DNA of 64,000 nucleotides from a bacterium (GTDB lineage Bacteria; Auribacterota; UBA3054): NCBI GenBank assembly GCA_017650925.1, contig JAGCDY010000085.1, positions 174 to 64,173 of the forward strand, read 5' to 3'. Shown piece by piece: positions 10,401 to 17,210 of this stretch (position 1 is its first letter; each line of letters starts with the position of its first letter). The notes under the pieces were generated by a model. It saw only the letters and a program-made list of their open reading frames with translations, ran no database searches and was not told where the DNA came from. The position numbers and the translations under genes were made by a program.

Positions 10401-12123
10401 GCAGATAGATCCTCTGAAGACCGGCGGCATGGCCAAGACCTTCGCCATCAAGGTCGTCATCGATGAGACCGAATACACCGTCAACGTGAAGGCCCCGGCC
10501 ATCGAGGATCAGATCGTCAATCCCAACGGCCCGTATCTGGCCAACCGCGGCTCCAGGATCAACTTGGACGGCACCGGCACCATGGGCGGCTACCGCTACA
10601 GATGGTTCCTGGACGACGAGCCCATCGATGAGGCCAACGCCAGCTTTATGGACAGCATCATGGCGACAGGGGAGCCTGGCGAACACACTTTGAAACTCAA
10701 TTTGGAAAAGGGGACGGGCGCGGTCCTCAACTACGCCGAGACGACCTTGACCATTAAGGACAACGTTCCCAGCGTCTATCTGGAGGAGACCTCCAGGCAG
10801 AACCTGACTGTTTCTTACTTCCCTGTGGTGGTCCCCTTCGAAAGGAATGAATACCAGGTCCGCTACAACTGGGACAACGGCGCCGGCTGGACGATCTGGC
10901 AGGAACTGGGACCCGTCGAGCACACCTTCGAGAAAGACCGTCCCTATTACGTCCAGTGCCAGATCAGCGACGGAAACGGCAGCGTGAACAGCACGGCCTT
11001 CTATTTCGACGGCACGCAGCCTCTCTCGCTCGCCGCGACCTTCGATGACGGCACCACGGAAAAGACGGTCACTTCCGGCAAGGACGTGACCATGAAGACC
11101 AGTTTCGTCATGGGCAAGCGCGTCCTCTGGCGCCAGGATCCCTTCAACACCACCAGAAACGTTCTGAGGTCCGAAGAGGGCGAGGAAGTGAAGTGTTCCA
11201 CCGCGGTGCCCGGCGTCTATTATTTCGCCGCTTATGCCGCCAGCGACACGGCCGTGAGCGCTCCCAAGGTCCTCAAACTGACCGTGGAGAAAGCTGAGCC
11301 GGCGCCTCCCGAGAACTACTCCATCGGCGGCGTGGTCACGACCAACACATATTTCGGCAGCGGATATCTGGGCGGCGCGGTCATCAGGGCCGTGGGCGAC
11401 AACTTCGCCTTCTCGGTCTCCAACAAGGCGGACGGCACCTTTATTTTCGACGCGGTGCCCGCCGGCATTGTCAGGCTGAGCCTCTCCCACGACGAATACG
11501 AGGGCCGCATAACTGAGATCGCCCTGACCAACGGGCCGGCCAGCGTGGTCTTCGAGACGCCGGCCACTTCCAATCACGGCTTCATCTACGCCAACGTCTC
11601 GGATATCAATTCCGGCTTCCCGCTTGTGGACGGCGTGGGACAGATCGCGAACTTCCAGAGCCTCGTCACCGCCCAGGGCCGCACCACGGCTTTCACTCTG
11701 CCTTACGGCGACTACTACATGACCATAAGGTATGAGGACAGGGAACAGTACGTGACCAACGTCACGATATCCTCCGGCACGCCCACCATCCCCGTGAAGA
11801 TGACGGGATATACGCCTTACGTCTCCGGCTACCTCTACGGGACCGGCACTGAGATCGTGACCAACGCGCAGATCCAGGTCGTGAACCACAAGACGCAGAA
11901 CATCGTCCAGCGCCACAATATGAACGGCTTCCCGTTCTTCGACATTTATCTCGGCGAGGGTCAGACGACGGTCTTGAGGATCAAGCCCGCGGAATACGAC
12001 AACCAGAACTTCACCTTCACGCCGGAATGCTCCTTCTACAAAGACTTCGTCCTGACGCCTGAACCGGCTTCTCTGTCGCTCATTATTTTGGCGCTCCTTG
12101 CTTTCGTGCGCCGTAACCGATAA
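7471..12123 (+). CDS. Giant (1550 aa) secreted multidomain protein, paralogue of 1655..6292 (reprolysin-like metzincin + LamG-like + FN3 + PKD/Ig-like + CarboxypepD_reg-like + PEP-CTERM)
   Basis: Signal peptide MKRVFLLSFLLAVCAFA. Same conserved islands as the paralogue: AYRDINLVEVRAGYFQPRNNGY, YMIVYTKEAVDEAMDRGGINNVMAQGIV, LRARYGADMCSI, HEDGHNMGGQH, HNTPPGAPMEYGSV. Classic PKD block IRWDFGDGSGYSDW..GDYTVKCQVRDNYGAVT. C-terminal DFVLTPEPASLSLIILALLAFVRRNR. Confidence 0.85.
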   Translation: MKRVFLLSFLLAVCAFASVPKNEKVLTVDMTCEQPPTLSSGYGSGNITKLQDEDLPDQVKALQVGDTLFMKTPDGVFTGLCTVAYRDINLVEVRAGYFQPRNNGYNEIWRFTYDQDQMLGQADYTYLNHEYAILYNHTKGLMSLPPVKKTFTCGGCDGPIDDVIARDGVRQVMDKIEAEQYYTNDWQCDEYVTQHYMIVYTKEAVDEAMDRGGINNVMAQGIVLGTLILSNSHVRSCFNLAHSQLVDYPNPVGQICNSSLALSSLCNSKNGLEQIEQLRARYGADMCSIAVLMPTYTGLAYVSGGVAGSESSANNCMDVNFVNTTGWIHEDGHNMGGQHYDETGTSSGGLFKHSHGCHNTPPGAPMEYGSVLARSNGIFNYFSSTNIFYDGVPISTNLKCQVALTWEKTRRYASRYRSVPYHAAGDMILHESFNYPIGSGLMFKEAGCGFASPWYSCLSNIFFIQDRDLGDDSAMHEGGSLRICNESSETATTRRFINWMKYSPASLDTLAGNDIWLSVWADMDEEGGSYGYGGFRLGGSYEAFTFYKDGTINVFDFGTGIKHNFGTPAHYLARCTITTNDAGYAYTDVYLWVNPDMSEEPKTSDCAFHKYGYSYWGSSFSSLYLYAPSGFKMTFDEFCLGYTFDSIKNRAVPYSFICMNGDDKIRLRWRNTTKGNVSLWRNTVEDLATAVKVREGDNTFQAYDDNDCVAGQTYYYWLTGDFPTPEPRKGVRGIPDVSAECNGEYTIGQGQAAHLSAEGSKGYFPAVRWLVGSDTTLFSTNFYYYDYKEDQIYWPGDYDVEVRVTDRQFRTCICTNYTVLHVTNAYPHVAIWSEAETRMVNVPQIFSADPTDPGIHDSLDIRWDFGDGSGYSDWTNYYFARHTFDRSGDYTVKCQVRDNYGAVTETTITHTIEGASARPVVPSEITLENCRSGVLLLSNLGSVPCDFVINNSFDSLKVRPRTGTINPTASGSVPVVLQIDPLKTGGMAKTFAIKVVIDETEYTVNVKAPAIEDQIVNPNGPYLANRGSRINLDGTGTMGGYRYRWFLDDEPIDEANASFMDSIMATGEPGEHTLKLNLEKGTGAVLNYAETTLTIKDNVPSVYLEETSRQNLTVSYFPVVVPFERNEYQVRYNWDNGAGWTIWQELGPVEHTFEKDRPYYVQCQISDGNGSVNSTAFYFDGTQPLSLAATFDDGTTEKTVTSGKDVTMKTSFVMGKRVLWRQDPFNTTRNVLRSEEGEEVKCSTAVPGVYYFAAYAASDTAVSAPKVLKLTVEKAEPAPPENYSIGGVVTTNTYFGSGYLGGAVIRAVGDNFAFSVSNKADGTFIFDAVPAGIVRLSLSHDEYEGRITEIALTNGPASVVFETPATSNHGFIYANVSDINSGFPLVDGVGQIANFQSLVTAQGRTTAFTLPYGDYYMTIRYEDREQYVTNVTISSGTPTIPVKMTGYTPYVSGYLYGTGTEIVTNAQIQVVNHKTQNIVQRHNMNGFPFFDIYLGEGQTTVLRIKPAEYDNQNFTFTPECSFYKDFVLTPEPASLSLIILALLAFVRRNR
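8455..8487 (+). other. Metzincin zinc-binding consensus HExxHxxGxxH (HEDGHNMGGQH, aa 329-339)
   Basis: Codons read directly from the sequence. The motif sits at the same residue index as in the 1655..6292 paralogue. Confidence 0.7.
12049..12120 (+). other. PEP-CTERM-type sorting signal
   Basis: The C-terminal 24 aa are VLTPEPASLSLIILALLAFVRRNR, immediately before the stop. Confidence 0.8.
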
Positions 12124-12139
12124 TCATTGAGGAATATTT

Positions 12140-12535
12140 ATGGCTCTTTCCGCAATTGCCGCTTACAATGGAGACCTTAAGTGCACCGCCACCTTGGCCG
12201 GCGCCCAGACTTCCATTGAGACTGACGCCAAGGGAACTCCCGGCGTCTTCTCTCCGACAGACGTGCTCTCCGCCGCCCTGGCGACCTGCACGGCCAGCAT
12301 GATCGGCTTCGTGGCCGCCCAGCAGAATATCGACATGACCGGCCTTTCGGTGGAAGTAGGGAAGGAGATGCAGCAGTCTCCGGCCTCTGTTAAAACTTTC
12401 AAGGTGAAAGTTGTTTTCCCCAAAGTCGCTCTGGAAGATTCCATGAAGAAAAGGCTGGAAGGCGCGGCCAAGGCCTGCCCGGTCAAGAACAGCCTTAATC
12501 CGTCCATTGAAATAGTGACCGAGTTTGTCTACTAA
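12140..12535 (+). CDS. OsmC/Ohr-family (peroxiredoxin-like) protein
   Basis: 131 aa with the typical OsmC layout: ..FSPTDVLSAALATCTASMIG.. and ..AAKACPVKNSL... The two conserved Cys are in the expected contexts. RBS gagga lies upstream. Confidence 0.8.
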   Translation: MALSAIAAYNGDLKCTATLAGAQTSIETDAKGTPGVFSPTDVLSAALATCTASMIGFVAAQQNIDMTGLSVEVGKEMQQSPASVKTFKVKVVFPKVALEDSMKKRLEGAAKACPVKNSLNPSIEIVTEFVY

Positions 12536-13970
12536 ATTTTCAGATCGGCTTCAAGTGCTGCGCCCGCTTTCCGCGGGCGCGGCGCTCTTTTTCCTCGTCC
12601 TGATTCAGCTTATATTCAGGCTGCAGTTCGGACCGGGCGGAGTTCTTGCCGAGGCGGACTCCGCGAAGTTCGTGCGCGTCGCGCTGGAGGGCGGGTGTCC
12701 GCACACCCCGCTCTTTCCTCTGTACACGCTGTTGCTGCGCTTTTTTACGCATTTCAAATTCATTGACGAACCGGGGGCGAATCTCTCCCTGCTTTCCGCC
12801 ATCCTTGTCTCTCTTGGCTGCGTTTTCCTCTGGGACGCGCTGAGCCGCCGCTTCAAGGATAGGTTCTTCACTTTCTTCGCGGTCTTGGCGATGAGCTTTC
12901 TGCCTTTTATCGTCACGGCAGCGACTGAAGTGACGCCTGTTTCCTTGTCGTTTTGCCTTTTCTTTTTCGCCTACGCCGTCTTTGTCAACGAGTCGGTCCC
13001 GCTTTATTTGAAATTTATTCCCTGCGGCCTTTTGGCTTTTCACGATCCTTTGGCGCTCTGGTTCTTCGCACTGCTTTTTCCCTTCGCCGCTCTTTACTTT
13101 TTCAGGGTGGGGAAATGCAAAGACTTTTTTGCTGGAACGGCTTTGGGGATCGCTTGCGGTCTTCTTCCGTATCTTTACGCCGTCGCTTCCTTCCAGAGAG
13201 GGGAGAGCTGCGAATATCTGAGAAGGGAGGACTTTTGGAAAAGCCTTTTCTGCGCCGTGCTGAACGGGCAGTTCTGGAGCAATTATTTCGTAATGCCTCC
13301 TTCTTCATGGCCCATGAGGCTCGCGGATCTTGGCCGGTCGTTCCTTGCTTCGGCTGCGCTCCCGCTGTTTGCCGCGCCCATTCTTCTTTTGGGCCTTTTC
13401 CTAAGAAAGACGGAGAGATTTTTGAGCTTTGAACTCGCGACGTTTTTCGCCGCCCTTTTGGCTGCCTTGCTTTTCATCATTCCCTGCTACGTCTTCTATC
13501 CCTTGCAGTGGTTCTGGCTCCTTGAGGCCTATCTGGCGATTTTTTTGGCCTGCTCTTTTCTTTACATATGCCGCTCGGAAGCGATGCGCCCGGTGCTTTG
13601 CCCGCTCCTCTTTTTAGGCGTCCTTGTTTTGTTTGCGCACAGTTTCAAAAAGGCTCCTGAAAGGAGAAACTCTTTCGAGGCCGCGAAGCTTGCCCAGGCC
13701 TTCGGAGCGCTCACACATGGGAGTGTGCTGGTGACCGGGGACGTTTACACCGACGGGGAGTATTACCGTTATCATCTCGCCGCGCACCCGAAACTCGTTG
13801 CCAAAAACGTCGCGGTCATGGATGAAGTTGTCACTGGCAAAAGAAACTTTTTCATTTCGCCGGTCGTGAAAGGTTACCTCGAAGAGCAGGGCGTGCCTTT
13901 CCATCTTGTCAGCGACGTCGACGGCCTGGCCGTTTACGAACTGGGGGAGAAAACGGACGGTGAAGAGTAA
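12525..13970 (+). CDS. Polytopic membrane protein, DUF2723/TMEM260-like GT-C-fold glycosyltransferase (putative protein O-mannosyltransferase-like)
   Basis: More than 10 predicted TM helices followed by a soluble tail of about 100 aa. The N-terminal signature EADSAKFVRVALEGGCPHTPLFPLYTLL resembles the DUF2723 motif (acidic loop ... HPPGYPLY, recalled from memory). The ORF-track start is a TTG overlapping osmC, so the true start is uncertain. Confidence 0.5.
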   Translation: MSTKFSDRLQVLRPLSAGAALFFLVLIQLIFRLQFGPGGVLAEADSAKFVRVALEGGCPHTPLFPLYTLLLRFFTHFKFIDEPGANLSLLSAILVSLGCVFLWDALSRRFKDRFFTFFAVLAMSFLPFIVTAATEVTPVSLSFCLFFFAYAVFVNESVPLYLKFIPCGLLAFHDPLALWFFALLFPFAALYFFRVGKCKDFFAGTALGIACGLLPYLYAVASFQRGESCEYLRREDFWKSLFCAVLNGQFWSNYFVMPPSSWPMRLADLGRSFLASAALPLFAAPILLLGLFLRKTERFLSFELATFFAALLAALLFIIPCYVFYPLQWFWLLEAYLAIFLACSFLYICRSEAMRPVLCPLLFLGVLVLFAHSFKKAPERRNSFEAAKLAQAFGALTHGSVLVTGDVYTDGEYYRYHLAAHPKLVAKNVAVMDEVVTGKRNFFISPVVKGYLEEQGVPFHLVSDVDGLAVYELGEKTDGEE

Positions 13971-15441
13971 GCGCTGGCTTTTTGATCTTATTCTGCTTTT
14001 GCTCCTCGCCGTCGCGGCTTACGTTTCCTCTTTCAAAGGGACTTGGCAGTTCGACGATTTCAGATGCATCGTCGATAACGAAGCTTTGAGAAGCGGGTCG
14101 CTTCTGAACCTCTGGCGCTTTTCCCCCGGGCGCTTCCTGGCTTTCCTTACCTTCTGGCTGAACTACCGCTTCTGCGCGCTCGACATTTTCTGGTATCACC
14201 TTGTCAATCTCTTCATCCATATCCTGAACGGCTTTCTTTTCTACTGGTTTCTTCTGCTTTTGCAGGGAGCTTACGGAAATAATGAGGAGAAGCGTTTCCC
14301 GGCCTTCATGTGCGCCGCGCTCTTTCTAGTCCATCCCGTGCAGACGCAGGCGGTGACTTACATTGTCCAGCGGTTGGAACTGCTGTGCTTCACTTTCATG
14401 ATCGCGCACCTGATCTTCCTTCTGCTGGCTCTTAGAAACAAGCTCTTCTTTATCCCGGCGGTCCTGGTCCTCATAGCCGGCCTCTTCTGCAAGGAGAATA
14501 TGGCGGTGGCTCCGCTTATCGCGCTTTTAGGATTCTTCGTTTTCGCGTCAGCCGACCTGAAGCCTTTCCTCGCCAAATACAAAAAGTATCTTATTTTAGC
14601 GGCGGCCGCCTTCGTCGTCCTAAGCCTTCTCGTTCTGCGTTTCGCGGGAGTGTGGAAGGGGACTAGCTTCGACTTTTCACCGTTAAGCAGGCTTTACGCC
14701 GATACGCCCGATATCTTCTCTTATTTCGCCACGCAGTTCAAAGTCTGGGCCGTCTACCTTAGACTGTGCTTCTGGCCCTTCGGGCTGAGGCTGGAGTACG
14801 ACGTGCCTCTGGAAGGCTTCGCCTCGCCCTGGGTGATCTTGGCGATAGTGTTCTGGCTGGCGTTGGCGGTCTTTGCCTGGATCAACCGGAAAAGATGGCC
14901 GTACCTCGCCTTCGGGCTGGGCTTTTTCGCGCTTTCATTGGCGCCGGCGGCCACGCTCATTCCCAACGGGCTTTACGAACACCGCCTTTACTGCGCGCTG
15001 CCGGGGATATTGATCGCCGTCGTTTTCACGCTCTTTCCGAAAAAGAATCTTTACAACGCGGTCTTTCTGATCGTTGTCATTCTGCTCTTCGTTTTCTTAT
15101 CGTTCAGGCGCAATTTCTATTGGAGCGACGCGGAGCTGATCTGGCGGGACAATCTTCAATATTCGCCCGAAAACTTCAGAGTGAACGCTAATGTCGGCCA
15201 GGCGCTTATGGGAAAAGAGCGCTACCTTGAGGCTCTGCCGTATCTGAAAAAAGCCATCGAACTGCGCCCCCAGACCGTCGAGGCCCATTACAACCTGGCC
15301 TGCTGTCTGGCCGGGATGGGGGACCTCAAAGGCGCCAGGGAAGAACTTTTGGCCGCCAAAAAGCTGAAGAGCAAACTTCCCGAAGTGAAACGTCTCGTCG
15401 ACGAGGCTCTGAAAGAAATAGATCAGGCCTTGGGCGAATAG
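13906..15441 (+). CDS. TMTC-like membrane protein (GT-C fold, DUF1736-like block, C-terminal TPR repeats)
   Basis: Acidic loop after TM1 (WQFDDFRCIVDNEAL), then HLVNLFIHILNGFLFY and GLFCKENMAVAPL. The C-terminal TPRs read NANVGQALMGKERYLEALPYLKKAIELRPQTVEAHYNLACCL. 13906 is a TTG. An in-frame GTG at 13960, preceded by gggggaga, is a plausible real start and overlaps the upstream stop. Confidence 0.65.
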   Translation: MSATSTAWPFTNWGRKRTVKSKRWLFDLILLLLLAVAAYVSSFKGTWQFDDFRCIVDNEALRSGSLLNLWRFSPGRFLAFLTFWLNYRFCALDIFWYHLVNLFIHILNGFLFYWFLLLLQGAYGNNEEKRFPAFMCAALFLVHPVQTQAVTYIVQRLELLCFTFMIAHLIFLLLALRNKLFFIPAVLVLIAGLFCKENMAVAPLIALLGFFVFASADLKPFLAKYKKYLILAAAAFVVLSLLVLRFAGVWKGTSFDFSPLSRLYADTPDIFSYFATQFKVWAVYLRLCFWPFGLRLEYDVPLEGFASPWVILAIVFWLALAVFAWINRKRWPYLAFGLGFFALSLAPAATLIPNGLYEHRLYCALPGILIAVVFTLFPKKNLYNAVFLIVVILLFVFLSFRRNFYWSDAELIWRDNLQYSPENFRVNANVGQALMGKERYLEALPYLKKAIELRPQTVEAHYNLACCLAGMGDLKGAREELLAAKKLKSKLPEVKRLVDEALKEIDQALGE

Positions 15442-16499
15442 AGCGCGAAAGTCTTCTTTACCATCTCTTCCGCGGAAAAATCTGAGAGCGCTCTTTCTTT
15501 TGCGGCGGAACCCATCCTCGACCTCATGTCAGGATCGCCGTGGAGGGCCTTCACGGCCTCGTTTAGGGCCTTGACGTCGCCGGGGGGTACAACTACCCCT
15601 GTTTTGCCGTTCTGATTGACGTAGGGAACGCCGGAGGGCAGATCGGCGCTGATCACAGCCTTGCCGGCCTGGAAGGCTTCCAGCTGCACGATCCCGAAGG
15701 CCTCGCTTCGGAAAGTGGAGGGCAGGACGAAGAACTCGCAGTCAGCGTAGTATTGAAGCAGCTCTTCTTGGGAGACGTGGCCTGGGAACTTTACTCGTTC
15801 GGCAATACCAAGATCCGCCGCGAGTTTTTTAAGCTTGCCTTCCAGCGGACCGCAGCCCACGATCACAAGGTCGAGGCCGGGTATGTCTGCAACTGCCTTT
15901 ATGAGAACGTCGAAGCCCTTGTAATAAACGAGCTGACCGACCGAGAGAATAAAGGGGCGCTCCTGTTTTTGAGGGGCAGGGAAATCTATGGGAGGAAGGC
16001 CGTAGTGTATGACTTCCAGTTTTTCTTCCGGCAGTTTGGAAAGGAAGGGGGAATACTTGATGTGGTTGGGAGTGGCGACGATTACCTTTTCGGCGCTTTC
16101 AAGGGTGGCGCGGTGAAAAGGCGCGTACAGTTTCAGAAGATATTTCTGCCTGATGATGTCGGAATGATAGGAGATGAAGAGCCTCCCCGGTCTCCCGGCC
16201 AGTTTCCAGCTCGTCTCGGCCCAAGGATTGGGGAGATGTATGTGCACGATGTCAGGCTTCAACTCTTTCAGTTTTTTGGGAAGCCCGAAAAGAAAATCCG
16301 TGCTGTTGAGATGAAATCTTCTGGCGAGTCTGACGACGCGCACGCCGCAAATCTCTTCCTCAACCGTCACGCTTTTGTCGTTGCTGACCAGAACTGTAAG
16401 GTCACAAAGAGGGGAGAGCCCTTCCGCAAGAGTTTTGAGATAAGTTTCAATGCCCCTCTGATAGGGCCAGTAGTATTTCCCGACGTGGACTACGCGCAT
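15423..16499 (-). CDS. Glycosyltransferase family 4 (GT-B, retaining)
   Basis: N-terminus MRVVHVGKYYWPYQRGIETY. C-terminal E-x7-E region SEAFGIVQLEAFQAGKAVISAD. Confidence 0.85.
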   Translation of the reverse strand: MRVVHVGKYYWPYQRGIETYLKTLAEGLSPLCDLTVLVSNDKSVTVEEEICGVRVVRLARRFHLNSTDFLFGLPKKLKELKPDIVHIHLPNPWAETSWKLAGRPGRLFISYHSDIIRQKYLLKLYAPFHRATLESAEKVIVATPNHIKYSPFLSKLPEEKLEVIHYGLPPIDFPAPQKQERPFILSVGQLVYYKGFDVLIKAVADIPGLDLVIVGCGPLEGKLKKLAADLGIAERVKFPGHVSQEELLQYYADCEFFVLPSTFRSEAFGIVQLEAFQAGKAVISADLPSGVPYVNQNGKTGVVVPPGDVKALNEAVKALHGDPDMRSRMGSAAKERALSDFSAEEMVKKTFALYSPKA

Positions 16500-16501
16500 A
16501 G

Positions 16502-16533
16502 AAAAAAGCCCCTGTTACGGGGCTTTGTTTTTT
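16502..16533 (-). terminator. Rho-independent-type hairpin between the lipoprotein gene and the GT4 gene
   Basis: On the - strand: aaagcccc gtaaca ggggcttt followed by tttctat. The 8-bp G/C-rich stem (16505-16512 / 16519-16526) fills the whole 33-nt gap. Confidence 0.5.
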
Positions 16534-17198
16534 CAGAACGTTATCTGGGAGATCGCGTTGTGGAAGGTCGTTCCCTTAAGAAGCTTTCTTCTCAGATACT
16601 CCCTGACGTCTGGCGTCGCCCAGGCGTAAGTGGAGGTCGCTGTGGACTGGATGTTCTGCTCGCTGATCCTGGAATTGGCTTTCAGGTCGTAGACGAAGAC
16701 CGAGACGTTTACGTTGCCCTCGATGGTGCACCACTCGACGAAGTTCGCGTTGGCGCCGAGGCCCTTGGCGTAGCAGTCGTTGATGTGGAAGACCAGAAGG
16801 TAGTCGTAGTTGAACTCGTCGGCTTCGGCCCTGTCTTTGACCATCACCACACGCTTAAAGATGGAATATCCTCTCAAGCGGTTGAAGATGGCTTCGGCGA
16901 AAGCCTCGTTGGTGTTGTCCTGGAAGACCTGGCCGTCGTCGTTGACGTAAGGATGATCGAGGACGGTCACTTCGCCGCTTCCGTAAATGAAGCGCGGCAG
17001 CCACCAGCGGTGGTAGGTCTCGTAGAGTTCATCGTATCTGTCATTCGGTTCCCCGTAGGCCATGATGCAGAGCGTCTTGCCTTCGAAGGCGCCGTTGTTG
17101 AGGGCCAGGGGCTGGGGATAGGTCACTTCGCTGGTCGCGCAACCAAACATTAGGAAAGCAGAAGCGGAAAGCAAAGTTAAAAAAGCAAACTTACGCAT
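16533..17198 (-). CDS. Lipoprotein of unknown function
   Basis: Signal peptide plus lipobox (SAFLMFGC). I recognise no family motif. Confidence 0.6.
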   Translation of the reverse strand: MRKFAFLTLLSASAFLMFGCATSEVTYPQPLALNNGAFEGKTLCIMAYGEPNDRYDELYETYHRWWLPRFIYGSGEVTVLDHPYVNDDGQVFQDNTNEAFAEAIFNRLRGYSIFKRVVMVKDRAEADEFNYDYLLVFHINDCYAKGLGANANFVEWCTIEGNVNVSVFVYDLKANSRISEQNIQSTATSTYAWATPDVREYLRRKLLKGTTFHNAISQITF

Positions 17199-17210
17199 AC
17201 TTGATTCTCC

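Noticed and set aside
8653-11916. A 1087-aa ORF antisense to the 1550-aa giant gene. It is the longest of many shadow ORFs. Others include 3680..4654, 4781..5485 and 5615..6331.
   Set aside because: The + strand frame has a signal peptide, an HExxH site, PKD motifs and a PEP-CTERM tail. The antisense translation is a monotonous R/G/A/V/D/H-rich sequence with no motif, as expected for the reverse frame of a GC3-rich gene.
1-12123. A diversity-generating retroelement or phase-variation switch acting on the giant surface proteins.
   Set aside because: There is no reverse-transcriptase ORF and I noticed no template/variable repeat pair. I also saw no long homopolymer or simple-sequence tract, and no invertible-promoter inverted repeats. 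The upstream promoter region is outside the window.
15753-17153. A 466-aa + strand ORF crossing the GT4/lipoprotein junction, and the similar 20773..22215 ORF.
   Set aside because: Both run antisense through two separate real genes, and the first also runs through a terminator hairpin. Neither has a motif.
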